A stretch of DNA of 63,919 bases, the filler included, from Octopus bimaculoides (Eukaryota), in the NCBI RefSeq assembly GCF_001194135.2. It is 7 parts of 7 records of this genome, joined end to end, with 100 filler letters (N's around TTAATTAATTAA, not from the genome) between each part and the next. Parts side by side here need not be neighbours in the genome. Positions count along the whole stretch, not along the records: positions 29,067 to 52,721 come from NC_069010.1; positions 52,822 to 56,576 come from NW_026332332.1; positions 56,677 to 58,532 come from NC_068982.1; positions 58,633 to 61,009 come from NC_068997.1; positions 61,110 to 63,919 come from NC_068985.1; 2 more parts are not named here. One strand, 5' to 3'. This document shows positions 49,727 through 62,420 of this stretch, in pieces (the first letter of the stretch is position 1; each line of letters opens with the position of its first letter). Position numbers and translations under genes: made by a program. Under the pieces are notes generated by a model, which ran no database searches, had not been told where the DNA came from, and was given only the letters and a program-made list of their open reading frames with translations.

Positions 49727-50926
49727 NNNNNNNNNNNNNNNNNNNNNNNNNNNNNNNNNNNNNNNNNNNNNNNNNNNNNNNNNNNNNNNNNNNNNNNNNN
49801 NNNNNNNNNNNNNNNNNNNNNNNNNNNNNNNNNNNNNNNNNNNNNNNNNNNNNNNNNNNNNNNNNNNNNNNNNNNNNNNNNNNNNNNNNNNNNNNNNNNN
49901 NNNNNNNNNNNNNNNNNNNNNNNNNNNNNNNNNNNNNNNNNNNNNNNNNNNNNNNNNNNNNNNNNNNNNNNNNNNNNNNNNNNNNNNNNNNNNNNNNNNN
50001 NNNNNNNNNNNNNNNNNNNNNNNNNNNNNNNNNNNNNNNNNNNNNNNNNNNNNNNNNNNNNNNNNNNNNNNNNNNNNNNNNNNNNNNNNNNNNNNNNNNN
50101 NNNNNNNNNNNNNNNNNNNNNNNNNNNNNNNNNNNNNNNNNNNNNNNNNNNNNNNNNNNNNNNNNNNNNNNNNNNNNNNNNNNNNNNNNNNNNNNNNNNN
50201 NNNNNNNNNNNNNNNNNNNNNNNNNNNNNNNNNNNNNNNNNNNNNNNNNNNNNNNNNNNNNNNNNNNNNNNNNNNNNNNNNNNNNNNNNNNNNNNNNNNN
50301 NNNNNNNNNNNNNNNNNNNNNNNNNNNNNNNNNNNNNNNNNNNNNNNNNNNNNNNNNGGGAGTGAACCAAGCTCCATGTTGTTGGGAAGCAAACTTCTTG
50401 CCACACAACCCATACCTTCTTTCTGTTTTTTTTTTCTGTTTTTTTTTCTTCTGTTTTTTTTTCTGTTTTTTTTTTTAATCTTTCACTTGTTTCAGTCACT
50501 GGAGTGGTCAGGCTGAGGGACTACCTCGAAGGATTTGATTAAACAAACTGACCACAAACAGTGGTGGGGTGGTGGGGGAGTAATACAGACACAAAGACAC
50601 ACACATGCACGCACACACATGCACGCACACACATACACAAATTCATATATGACAGGAGGCTTCTTTAAGTTTCTCAACTAAATCCACCTACAAGATTTTG
50701 GTTGGCCCAAGGTTATAGAAAAACACACTTGTCACAAGTGCCACGCAGTGGGACTGAACCCGGGACCCTGTGGCTTGTAAGCAAGCTACTTACCACACAG
50801 CCAACAAAATATAAAATGCTATGATGAAAATATTTTTTGTTTAAATCCCAATAACATTGGAAAGAAAGAATTGAATTTATCTGATAAGCCTATACATTAC
50901 AGGTATATAACTTCTGTTTTTTACAG

Positions 50927-51000
50927 GTGTTTCTGCAGGTGAATTTCAAATCTCTAGCCGCCCTGTATTGGGTACCTGGACCATAAAAGTGGAACAGGGT
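50927..51000 (+). CDS. TEP gene exon (MG2)
   Basis: ttttttacag acceptor, gtaagt donor; (G)VSAGEFQISSRPVLGTWTIKVEQG fits the GxxxxxFxLSxxPxLGxWxIxV family pattern. Confidence 0.92.
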
Positions 51001-51299
51001 GTAAGTTACTTCACCATCATTTATTCCTTATTTAGCTTTCTATAACACAAACACATACATTCATAGAATCACATGCACACACTAATACATATAACTGAGT
51101 TGGCAGAACCATTAGCACGTCAGGCAAAATGCATAACTGCATTTTTTCCAACTCCTTATGTTCTGAATTCAAATTCCATCAAGATCAACTTTGCTTTTTA
51201 TCCTTTCGGGATTGAAAAAAAAAGTAGTAATTGATCACTGAATTTGACATTATCGACTTGTTCTTTTAACAGAAAGGATTAATATTACTATTGTTATTA

Positions 51300-51564
51300 T
51301 TATTTTATGTTTGACTTTTGCTTTGCATTTGTACAAGTTGGATCCAAGTCTCACCCAGAGACCTCAGGAGACAACAAGATAGAAGTTCATGTAGGTGTTA
51401 TGCCTAGGGTGCCATATATTTGGATTTGTACGTAGTGTTGTTCTAGAGAATGTTTAAGAAACCATAAGAAAATTATGTGTTTGTTTTAAAATTTGAGATC
51501 ACATAGACAGTATTTTACGTAGAATATGGGCAGTTCCCATGAGCACTGTCTTTTGAACTTCAGC

Positions 51565-51570
<6 letters not shown>
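51300..51570 (-). mobile_element. R4/Dong-like element 3' end
   Basis: Minus strand reads MAEVQKTVLMGTAHILRKILSM* followed by a UTR-like tail. Confidence 0.65.
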
Positions 51571-51595
<25 letters not shown>

Positions 51596-52141
51596 GTTGT
51601 TGTTGTTGTTTCTTTACTTTCTGGAAGAGTTACATCAATCCTTTAAATATTACCAAAATAGATTGAGATGTTTATTTTGAACTTGTGGAAGACACATGAG
51701 ATGTCGAAATATTGTTCATACAGTTTCTATCTACTAAATTCAATCACAAGGCATTGGTCAGCCAAGGGCTATAGTAGAAGACATTTGCCCAAGGTACCAC
51801 ATGGCAAGACTGAACTTGGAACCATGTGGTCAAAAGGATGATTGATTATAATTGGTTAATGATGATGGATGATTTGATTATTATAATGATTGATATTGAT
51901 GACCGGATATGAAGTTGATGATGAACATTAAAGATAATTGTTTATGATGATTGATGATGACTGATGTGAATGATGATGATTATTATTGATGGATAATGAT
52001 GAGTGATGATGATGATGATGTTGATTACAAAGATTGATGATGATTTATGGTGTTGATGGTGTTGACGATCATGACTGATGTTTGATGATGATTAATTATG
52101 ATGATGATGATGATGATGACTCTCTCTGTTTCTATATACAG

Positions 52142-52181
52142 GAATTTTCTGAGGAAAAATCAATTAAGATCGAGGAATATG
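52142..52181 (+). CDS. TEP gene exon (end of MG2); the gene continues beyond the last exon found
   Basis: tatatacag acceptor, gtgagt donor; EFSEEKSIKIEEY+G, the expected lead-in to EY-VLPKF. Confidence 0.88.
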
Positions 52182-52304
52182 GTGAGTAAATTTTTGTTTT
52201 TTTATGGAGATCAACATATTTAAATTGGTTGTTTTTGTTGTAGTATTTTAAACAAATCATTCGTTAAGATAAGCTTTGCATTTATTTTCAATGATATTGG
52301 TTAA

Positions 52305-52721
52305 GTGTTTTTCTTTTATTTATTGGTGAAATAAATATTTTTATATAAATCCATTTAATATTTCTGTTAGTTTATATTCTAATAAACATAAAGTTAATAA
52401 TATCACGTTTATAATTTTAGTTTAACCTAAAACTTCGATAAGATAAGAATTACATTTATTTTTAATAATATTGTTAAACCTTTTTCTTTTATTTATTGGT
52501 AAAATAAGTATTTTTATAGAAATTCATTTGTTATATATTGTTAGCTGATATTCTAATAAACGATATGTTAATAGTATAACGTTTAATTGTAGTTTAAACT
52601 AAAGCTTCGATGAGTATAATACCGTTAAATATTTTTCTTTTATTTATTAGTAGTAAAATACGTCCTTTTGTTTTTTGATATAATAAGTATTTTTATATAA
52701 ATTCATTTGTTATTTATTCTT
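52305..52721. repeat. AT-rich tandem repeat (~150-175-bp unit, about 2.5 copies) running into a gap
   Basis: ttttcttttatttatt(g/a)gt recurs near 52309, 52481 and 52631 with conserved downstream blocks. Confidence 0.75.
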
Positions 52722-52821
52722 NNNNNNNNNNNNNNNNNNNNNNNNNNNNNNNNNNNNNNNNNNNNTTAATTAATTAANNNNNNNNNNNNNNNNNNNNNNN
52801 NNNNNNNNNNNNNNNNNNNNN

Positions 52822-52856
<35 letters not shown>

Positions 52857-53008
52857 TACAGAAGCGGATTTCTGGCGTTTCATGACGACGATTCTGTTGT
52901 TTGATCAACGGAATGACTTTCTTTTGAAGGAACATATAAGTGGCTGAGTACTCCACAGTCATATATAACTTATATATACATATATATATTTATATATATA
53001 TGTATGTA

Positions 53009-53234
53009 CGAGGATGTGCTGAGCTGTTTCTGGTTCTAAGGATACCGTGAAAGGATTATCTGGAGGCCTGACATTTCGTGTTCTTTTACATGGCTTAGAA
53101 GACCTAAAGGGACGCCGCAATATTTGTGTTAATTTTAGATGGGAATATCTTTAATAGAATTCAATAAAATCACGATTAAATGACACTGTTGTATTTTCTT
53201 TTACCCAAAGCCAGGAACTTTCAGCAACCCCTCG
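53009..53234. mobile_element. Mariner-type MITE
   Basis: Imperfect TIRs cgaggatgtgctgagctgtttctgg / ccaggaactttcagcaacccctcg in a TA context. Confidence 0.65.
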
Positions 53235-53514
53235 TGTATATATATATGTGTGTATGTATATCTTGGCACTCCGTCGCTTACGACGTCGAGGGTTCCAGTT
53301 GATCCAATCAACGGAACAGCCTGCTCGTGAAATTAACGTGCAAGTGGCTGAGCACTCCACAGACACGTGTACCCTTAACGTAATTCTCGGGGATATTCAG
53401 CGTAACACAGTGTGACAAGGCTGACCCTTTTGAATTACAGGCACAACAGAAACGGGAAGTAAGAGTGAGAGAAAGTTGTGGTGAAAGAGTACAGCAGGGT
53501 TCGCNNNNNNNNNN

Positions 53515-53935
53515 CATGCGACTCCATTTAATTAAGCAATTTGAACATTACATCAAATGTGGTGCACCTGATCAGAGGCTTACGCAAATTGCAAAAAGGA
53601 TATGGAGAGGAGTGCATGAGTCACACACAAGTGTACAAGTAGTTTAAACATTTCCAAGATGCTCGAAAAAATATCGATATCGACGAAAGTTCTAGGAGAC
53701 CCGCAACCATCAGAATTGAGAAAAAACATCGATGTGCGTGAAGCTGTGAGGAGAAATCGTCGAATCAACATTCGTTGAGTTATCAGAGGATGTGCAGATG
53801 AGTTACGGTTCAGTTCAGTCCATTATCACTGAAGATTTGGGTATGAGAAGCGTGTTTGCTAAGTTGGTGCCAAGACTGCTTTCAGCTGACCAAACCGACA
53901 CTCGGGTTTCAGTTGCACAAGATCTGATCTCCTTG
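53515..53935 (+). mobile_element. Mariner transposase N-terminal (HTH) pseudogene fragment
   Basis: Reads GYGEECMSHTQVYK*FKHFQ..SSRRP..RRNRRI..SYGSVQSIITEDLGMRSVFAKLVPRLLSADQ (WVPHEL-like motif). Confidence 0.85.
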
Positions 53936-53954
53936 ATTGTGTCGACAACAATGA

Positions 53955-54245
53955 AAGCATCTTGAAAACTTTGCATAAACATCTGCGCAGCTATCGCCAA
54001 GTTTTTGGCAAAATTTGATGCAAATTCTCTGCTCAACTTTCTTTATCATTGTCAATGCAACGATCACACGCTACACACCTTCCTTCCAAGCACTGCTATA
54101 AACAACTGAAGTGAGCTAGAAGGTTAAAAATTAGTGCGCTTGCACGGCAGAGTTCAAGGTCAATTTGTGCCGAACGGCTTTACTCTCCGTGCTTCATATT
54201 AGATACTGTAGCAACGGTCTAGATACTTATTGATCGGACCACTTA
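53955..54245 (-). mobile_element. 5' end of a second mariner copy
   Basis: Minus strand has a TIR-like start gtggtccgatcaataagtatctagac and QRICIKFCQKLGDSCADVY. Confidence 0.75.
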
Positions 54246-54274
54246 TGTATAATATATATATATGTATATACAAA

Positions 54275-54695
54275 CGTGGCTGTGTGTTAAGAAGCTTGCT
54301 TCCCAACCGCATGGTTCTGTGTTCAGTCCAGTTGCGTGGCACCTTGGGCAAGTATCTTCTTCTATAGCCTTATGCCGACTAAATCCTTGTGAATCGATTT
54401 GGTAGACGGAAACTGAAAGAAGCCCGTTATATGTATGTAAATGAATGTATATATTTATGTGTGCGTGTCTTTGTGTCTGTGTTTCCTCCCCACCCCCCGC
54501 CATCGCTTGACAACCGATGTTGGTGTGTTTACCTTGCCGTAAATTAGCGGTTCGGTGAAAGAGACCGACAGAAAAAGTACTAGACTTACAAAGAATAAGT
54601 CCTGAGGACGATTTCTTTGACTAAATCCCTTTAGTGCGGTGCTGCAGCATGGCCGCTGTCACGTGACTGAAACAAGCAAATGAATAAAAGAATAA
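54275..54695 (+). mobile_element. Full-length SINE family A (tRNA-like head, ccttgggcaag central block)
   Basis: cgtggctgtgtg..tgtgttcagtcc..gcaccttgggcaagt..cagcatggccgc..gactgaaacaag. Confidence 0.85.
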
Positions 54696-55845
54696 CAGAA
54701 TGTGTGTGTGTACGACGGGATTCTTTCAGTTTCCATTTATTCCATTCAGTCGGCGGGTGATGACACGCCAAAGGACGCTCCGAGGGACGCACCAAGACAA
54801 TTGCCCAAGATATTTCTCAGAGCAAATTAACCCCCAATGCCTCGTAGTTGGGAAACAAAGCTACTTCACCACGCAGCCTCGTCTGGACCAATAAACGTTA
54901 ATGTATCATTGATACTTAATCAATCGATATCAATTAATTTATTATATAAGTCTAGCTCAGCTTTCTTCACGACACAATTGATTCGCTGACGTAAATATAT
55001 TTTATGGTTTATTAGAAACAACTTCGTAAACCCGATGTCAAAAACGGTTTAGATTATGCGAACAATCTCTTAATTCCGGTTTATTTATTAACAATTGGTG
55101 AATTTCAGGTCTTGAAATTGTTATGACAGTTGATTTAAATAGCCATAAATCAGAACATTGTTTTTCTTTTAAAATATACATTTTTTTGTTGTTCTTTGTG
55201 CTTTGTATCTTATCTTTAATTATCTTTTTTCATTGTTTTAAGTCATTGGACTGCGGCCATAGTGGAGCACCACCGTCACGGATTTTTTTTCTTTTGTGTT
55301 CCGTTTTTGTTTTTAGTCGAGCACACCGATGCCAGTTGTTGTTTTTCGGTTNNNNNNNNNNNNNNNNNNNNNNNNNNNNNNNNNNNNNNNNNNNNNNNNN
55401 NNNNNNNNNNNNNNNNNNNNNNNNNNNNNNNNNNNNNNNNNNNNNNNNNNNNNNNNNNNNNNNNNNNNNNNNNNNNNNNNNNNNNNNNNNNNNNNNNNNN
55501 NNNNNNNNNNNNNNNNNNNNNNNNNNNNNNNNNNNNNNNNNNNNNNNNNNNNNNNNNNNNNNNNNNNNNNNNNNNNNNNNNNNNNNNNNNNNNNNNNNNN
55601 NNNNNNNNNNNNNNNNNNNNNNNNNNNNNNNNNNNNNNNNNNNNNNNNNNNNNNNNNNNNNNNNNNNNNNNNNNNNNNNNNNNNNNNNNNNNNNNNNNNN
55701 NNNNNNNNNNNNNNNNNNNNNNNNNNNNNNNNNNNNNNNNNNNNNNNNNNNNNNNNNNNNNNNNNNNNNNNNNNNNNNNNNNNNNNNNNNNNNNNNNNNN
55801 NNNNNNNNNNNNNNNNNNNNNNNNNNNNNNNNNNNNNNNNNNNNN

Positions 55846-55901
<56 letters not shown>

Positions 55902-57084
55902 AAGTAGACAGTAAAATACGATGGAACTATTGCTCTGCGTGTATCTGTATGCGCGGAATATTGGTTAGATTAATCGGCCGTCGATCGTAAGGTCGTGAGT
56001 TCGATTCCCGGTGACGCGTTGTGTCCTTGAGCAGAGCACTTTAATTCACGTTGCTCCAGTCCACTCAGCTGGCAAAAATGAGTAGCACCTGTATTTCAAA
56101 AGGGCCAGCATTGTCACACTCCTTGAGCAGGCTGTGTCGTCGATCGGATCAACTGGAACCCACGGCATTGCAACCGATGGCGTACCATACGCGTAACAAG
56201 ATAGCGCTGGGTTTGAAACCTATGCTGCATGCTTCAAGTTGCGGTACGTACAGTAAGATAAGCTTTGCTTTAAGGCGTACAAACAAGTCGAATTGTAACA
56301 CCACTTCATTCTGATGACGAAACTGGGAATGTTTGGAAGCATTAATGGACGTTGGTATATGATTGAGCTGATATAGTCTTAAAGGGTTAATGAGGTAATC
56401 TGAAAATATCACTAATTGAAAATTATTAAAAGTCGAACACACTTGAGCACTTTATCTCTCACCCACTTTCTTTCTCTTCTTCCCTTTCGTTTGTCAATCC
56501 CTCTATCTCTCACCATCCTACCTATCTATCTATCTATCTATGTCTCTGTCTGTCAATCTCTCTGTCTATGTATGTANNNNNNNNNNNNNNNNNNNNNNNN
56601 NNNNNNNNNNNNNNNNNNNNTTAATTAATTAANNNNNNNNNNNNNNNNNNNNNNNNNNNNNNNNNNNNNNNNNNNNTCATCTATTACTTGTTTCAGTCAT
56701 TAGACTACTGCCATGCTAGAACTCCGCTTGTGGAATATCTGATATAACAATACTTCTGAAATTTAGGAACTCAGCGCTGAATCTGTCTGAAATGTAATGG
56801 AAAATAGCTCAGTTTCAAAACATTGGTGTCCAGGTCACAAAAGCAATTTTCGAAGAGAATATTAGTCACTTTCTTTGATTTCTAGATAGAAGCAAATAGG
56901 AAATAACACTCACCAAAGACAAAAGAAAGAAAAAAAATAGGCGCAGGCGTGGCTGTGTGATAAGAAGCTTGCTTCCCAACCAGATGATTCTAGGTTCAGT
57001 CCCACAGCGTGGCACCTTGGGCAAGTGTCTTCTATTATAGACTCGAGCCGACCAAAGCCTTGTGAGTGGATTTAGTAGACGGAT

Positions 57085-57935
57085 TTAGTAGCATATAAAG
57101 GATGCGGTCGTTAAACTGGCTGGCTGCTAGTTCCTCGTTGTAATAAGGGACTGCTGCATCAAAAGCATTTTTATTTGGAAAAAGGCTTGAAATCCTCCAG
57201 ATGATACTCTTCACAGCTTTTTGAAAGACTATAAGTGATTGGCAGTATGCTGTGCTGAAGTACGACAGCCTCTCATTAGGTTTGCAATAGAGCATTCTAT
57301 GTATCTGGAGCGTTACATCTAAGAAATTTCGTATGGTAAATTTGGTATATATAGTAACCTTAAGTCTTAGGGAATTAAGAATGTGGATCACACTTTTCCT
57401 AAGCTTGTTTAGGGTGCGAGGGTTCACTTCTCCAGGGATGGCTGAAGCATCATCTCTACATAAAGCAAAGCTTGTTGACAAGTATTTCTTACCTAAGGTA
57501 TCTAGTCTAAAGAGGCCTGCAAAGACACAGACATCAGTGCTGTCGAATGCTCACATCATCACTATTTGTTCGATCCGGGCCGAACATTTGTCGAACAACA
57601 GGGTCTTTCTCAAATGTATTATTATCTCGATATCCCTATCGCTTAATCTCCGAAGTTCTCTTTCTAATAATATTTTTTGATATAGATGGATAAAAGTCCA
57701 TTATATCGTGGATTGCCTTAAACCATAAAATTACTTCATTAGTATTATGCCATACAGAGAGACGGGATGCCTTTCATATATGTTAACCTATCAGCCCAAT
57801 TTCCGATTTTGCTTGTGGTAGGGTTAACAAGGTGGCAATTGAGGTCGGAGGCAAAGTTCAACTTGTGATCCTTAACATTTATAAAGGAATTTCTTAAAGC
57901 AAAGTTCTACTCTGTCTGCTATATCCAATACGCTA
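57085..57935 (-). mobile_element. Third Penelope-like remnant: RT region
   Basis: Minus-strand remnants NSFINVKDHKLNF..LVNPT, DIMDFYPSIS, LCRDDAS (YRDD-like), NFLDVTL..KPN..FDAAVPYYNEELAASQF; joined to a SINE A head at 57085. Confidence 0.85.
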
Positions 57936-58901
57936 GCAAACTGGCTTCGATGTTTATGCTATCGTACGTATGTGGGGATCATCTCCCTCTCTCTTTTCTT
58001 TCTCTCTTCTCTCTCCCTTCTCTCCCTCTATGTATGTATGTATGTATGCATGTATACACACATATATATATATATATACGTATATACACACATATATTTG
58101 TGTGTACGTATTTACGTGTATACTTATGTGTTTGTGTAAGGTCTATATATATATGTGTGTATATATATTTATCTATATGTATATTTACACACACATATTT
58201 GCATGCATTTATGAGCGTGCGATTTACTTGTACTCTTTTCTGTATATATACGTATGTACACATATATATACGTGTGTCCTGTGTAAGAATATATATGTAG
58301 CCTTGTCTAAAATGTTTTGAGTTATAATCCCAAGAGAGAGAATATACGATTCCAACTTCCAAAGAAATATGATTTCGACCTCGAAATCCTTTGGTTTTTA
58401 GGGTATAATTCTCTGTGGAGGTTATTTTAGCCAACATTATGTTTCAGCGAAGCTGGGAATATATTTTTCTACAGTATTAACTATTTCATCATTTGTACTC
58501 TGTAATGTAATGAATACACGGTGTATATATATNNNNNNNNNNNNNNNNNNNNNNNNNNNNNNNNNNNNNNNNNNNNTTAATTAATTAANNNNNNNNNNNN
58601 NNNNNNNNNNNNNNNNNNNNNNNNNNNNNNNNATGTGTGTGTTTGTGTATGTGTGTGTGTTTGCACGTGGCTGTGTGTTTGTGTGTTGTGTGATCTGTTT
58701 GTATGCGTTGCATTTATATGTCAGAGGTTTGCTTTTAATATGAAAGGAGTAAAAGAAGGTGCCGATGTGTGTGTGTGTGTGTGTGTGTGGTGAATAATGG
58801 TTTGTTTGGTGTGAAAGCCTGCCGACTGGAAGCTATTGTTTATTTGAGCTAGAGGTGTTGTGTACGTGTGTATATATATATATGTGTGTCCTGTGTACAT
58901 A

Positions 58902-58937
<36 letters not shown>

Positions 58938-59034
58938 CAAAGAATATATATATGCATGTATATGCTCTTGCGTATTTATAAACACACACACAGACACGAA
59001 CGTATGTACACATATGTGTGTGTCCTATGTACAT

Positions 59035-59079
<45 letters not shown>

Positions 59080-59304
59080 GGTCTTGCGTATTTATAAACA
59101 CACACACAGACACGAACGTATATACATATACCGTATACATATACCGACTGATATATATATATATATTTATATAAATGTGTATATATGTGTGTGTATAATG
59201 CATAGGTGTTCATATATTTCACAATGATATATATATATATATATATACATACATAGTATACAGGCTTTGAAATGTCATTCTCTCTCTCTCTCTCACACAC
59301 TCTC

Positions 59305-59347
<43 letters not shown>

Positions 59348-60027
59348 CTCTCTCTCTCTCTCTCTCTCTCNNNNNNNNNNNNNNNNNNNNNNNNNNNNNN
59401 NNNNNNNNNNNNNNNNNNNNNNNNNNNNNNNNNNNNNNNNNNNNNNNNNNNNNNNNNNNNNNNNNNNNNNNNNNNNNNNNNNNNNNNNNNNNNNNNNNNN
59501 NNNNNNNNNNNNNNNNNNNNNNNNNNNNNNNNNNNNNNNNNNNNNNNNNNNNNNNNNNNNNNNNNNNNNNNNNNNNNNNNNNNNNNNNNNNNNNNNNNNN
59601 NNNNNNNNNNNNNNNNNNNNNNNNNNNNNNNNNNNNNNNNNNNNNNNNNNNNNNNNNNNNNNNNNNNNNNNNNNNNNNNNNNNNNNNNNNNNNNNNNNNN
59701 NNNNNNNNNNNNNNNNNNNNNNNNNNNNNNNNNNNNNNNNNNNNNNNNNNNNNNNNNNNNNNNNNNNNNNNNNNNNNNNNNNNNNNNNNNNNNNNNNNNN
59801 NNNNNNNNNNNNNNNNNNNNNNNNNNNNNNNNNNNNNNNNNNNNNNNNNNNNNNNNNNNNNNNNNNNNNNNNNNNNNNNNNNNNNNNNNNNNNNNNNNNN
59901 NNNNNNNNNNNNNNNNNNNNNNNNNNNNNNNNNNNNNNNNNNNNNNNNNNNNNNNNNNNNNNNNNNNNNNNNNNNNNNNNNNNNNNNNNNNNNNNNNNNN
60001 NNNNNNNNNNNNNNNNNNNNNNNNNNN

Positions 60028-60918
60028 GGTTGGATTTGAACTCAGAACGTAAAGATGGACGAAATGCTACTAAGCCTTTTTATCCAGCTCGCCGCTTTAA
60101 TATTCTTTTCTACTCTAGGCACAAGGCCTGAAATTTTTGGAGTGAGAGAGAGAGAGCCAGTCGATTAGATCGATCCCCAGTACGCAACTGGTACTTAATT
60201 TATCGACCCCGAAAGGATGAAAGGCAAAGTCGACCTCGGCGGAATTTGAACTCAGAAAAGACAGACGAAATACCGCTAAACATTTCGCCCGGCGCGCTAA
60301 CGTTTCTGCTAGCTCGTCGCCTTTAATAGTACTTGACTGTGCATGGTAATTTGTTTTATTGACCGCAAGAAGTTGAAAGGCAAAGTTGACTTCGGTGAGA
60401 TTTGAACTCAGAACGTAACGTAAAGAAGGTGGGAACAAGAGGTGTCCACTAACCATTTACTGTCATTATTAAAGGCGGTGAGTTGTTGAGTACCAGTTGA
60501 GTACTGGGGATCGATGTAATCGATTATTCCTTTCCCAAACATTTCACGCCTTGTGCCTATAGTAGAAAATATTATTAAAGGCGACGAGCTGGCAGAATCG
60601 TTGGAACGCCGGATAAAATGCTCAGCGGTATTCCATCTGTCTTTACGTTCTGAGTTCAAATTCCGCCGAGGCCGACTTTGCCTTTCATCCTTTCAGGGTC
60701 GATAAATTAAGTACCAGTGAAACACTGGGTCGATGTAATCGACTTAGTCCCTTTGTTTGTCCTTGTTTGTCTCCTCTATGTTTAGCCCCTTGTGGGCAAT
60801 AAAGAAATAAGAATCGTTAGCACGCCGGACAGAATGCTCAACGGCATTTCGTCCGTCTTCACGTTTTGATTTCAAATTCCGCCTTGGTCGAGATTGCCGT
60901 TCATCCTTTCGGGGTCGT
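60028..60918. mobile_element. Cluster of about six SINE family B copies or fragments in both orientations (full + copy 60578-60810)
   Basis: Repeated ggatttgaactcagaa and gagttcaaattccgccgagg motifs. Confidence 0.85.
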
Positions 60919-61288
60919 ATTACTACGACTACCAAGACTACCAACTTCTTGACCATTTTCCTGCTGTCCACTTCAATGACACCTTACATTTTCTTCTTCT
61001 TCTTCTTCTNNNNNNNNNNNNNNNNNNNNNNNNNNNNNNNNNNNNNNNNNNNNTTAATTAATTAANNNNNNNNNNNNNNNNNNNNNNNNNNNNNNNNNNN
61101 NNNNNNNNNATATACATACAGCGGTTGTGTGGTAAGTAGCTTGCTTCCCAACCGCATGGTTCTGGGTTCAGTCCTACTGCGTGTCACCTTGGGCAAGTGT
61201 CTTCTACTATAGCCTCGGGTCGACCAAAGCCTTGTGAGTGGATTTGGTAGACGGAAACTGAAGGATGCTCGTCGTACATATGCATGTT

Positions 61289-61328
<40 letters not shown>

Positions 61329-62092
61329 TTTGTGTGTGAGTATCTGTGTGTGTACGTATGTATGTATGTATGTATGTATGTATGTATGCACCCGAATTCC
61401 AATCAAGTATTAAACATAATTTGTCCACAATTTCAATTTGAATAATTTTTTAAAAAGTATAATCCCGTATGTATGTATGTATGTTGGTAGGTAGGTAGGT
61501 ATGTAGGTACGTACGTATAGCTACACTCATGTATGTATGTTCAGAGAGTGATCTTTCGTTTTATGGACATAAAATGGCGGACAGCAACGTAGAAGAAAGT
61601 GAAATGGAATGAATGAAAAGGAAATAAAAGCGATATAATCATTAGCAACTCAGCAATGAGTAAATGTTGTCAATAAAATGAAACAATATTTTTGTTTTCT
61701 GTGAAAATGATAGTTATTCTTGTTTAAATATTGAAGGCTTACGCTTCACCATTGAAGAAATGGCTAAACGTGGAAAACCTAACATACCAGTAAGAATTGT
61801 GTAGGATTTAATTGATCTTCAGGATCTCAGTGAAAGGGATTATCTGCTATGGAATATTTGCTGCATATCTAACGATATTCAATTAACTATTGAGCTCGTA
61901 TCGCTGGGATTATTGTCAATGCGCAGCAATAAGCCGATACATTTTGTTCACTTTCACACATAAAACGGGTTCTCTTTCCGTTTCATTTTATTTGACGATC
62001 ATTAACGATTATGTTGTTCTTTTACTTTCATTCTTTCTGTTTCTTTTCGTTCTGTTATTCGCCATTGTATCTCCATAAAACGAAACATCTTC

Positions 62093-62166
<74 letters not shown>

Positions 62167-62249
62167 ACAGAGAAGACAGACAGACAGGCAGACAGACAGA
62201 CAAACAGACAGGTAGGCAGACAGATAGACAGGCAGGCAGACAGACAAAC

Positions 62250-62286
<37 letters not shown>

Positions 62287-62298
62287 NNNNNNNNNNTC

Positions 62299-62344
<46 letters not shown>

Positions 62345-62420
62345 AAAGTGAGTGAGCCACTGAGGAAATAAATAAGAATGAGTGAGTGAGTGAGTGAGTG
62401 AGTGACTGACTGACTGACTG
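62093..62420. repeat. (GATA)n/(GACA)n/(GAGT)n composite microsatellite
   Basis: Direct inspection. Confidence 0.95.

Noticed and set aside
50844-50902. NPNNIGKKELN.. as the missing TEP DPxxN exon
   Set aside because: No AG acceptor, and the implied intron to 50927 would be only 24 nt; it is also out of frame if read through.
56311-56323. CTGATGACGAAAC as a hammerhead core
   Set aside because: No stem II and no stem I/III pairing or NUH site; the same applies to CTGATGA at ~21325.
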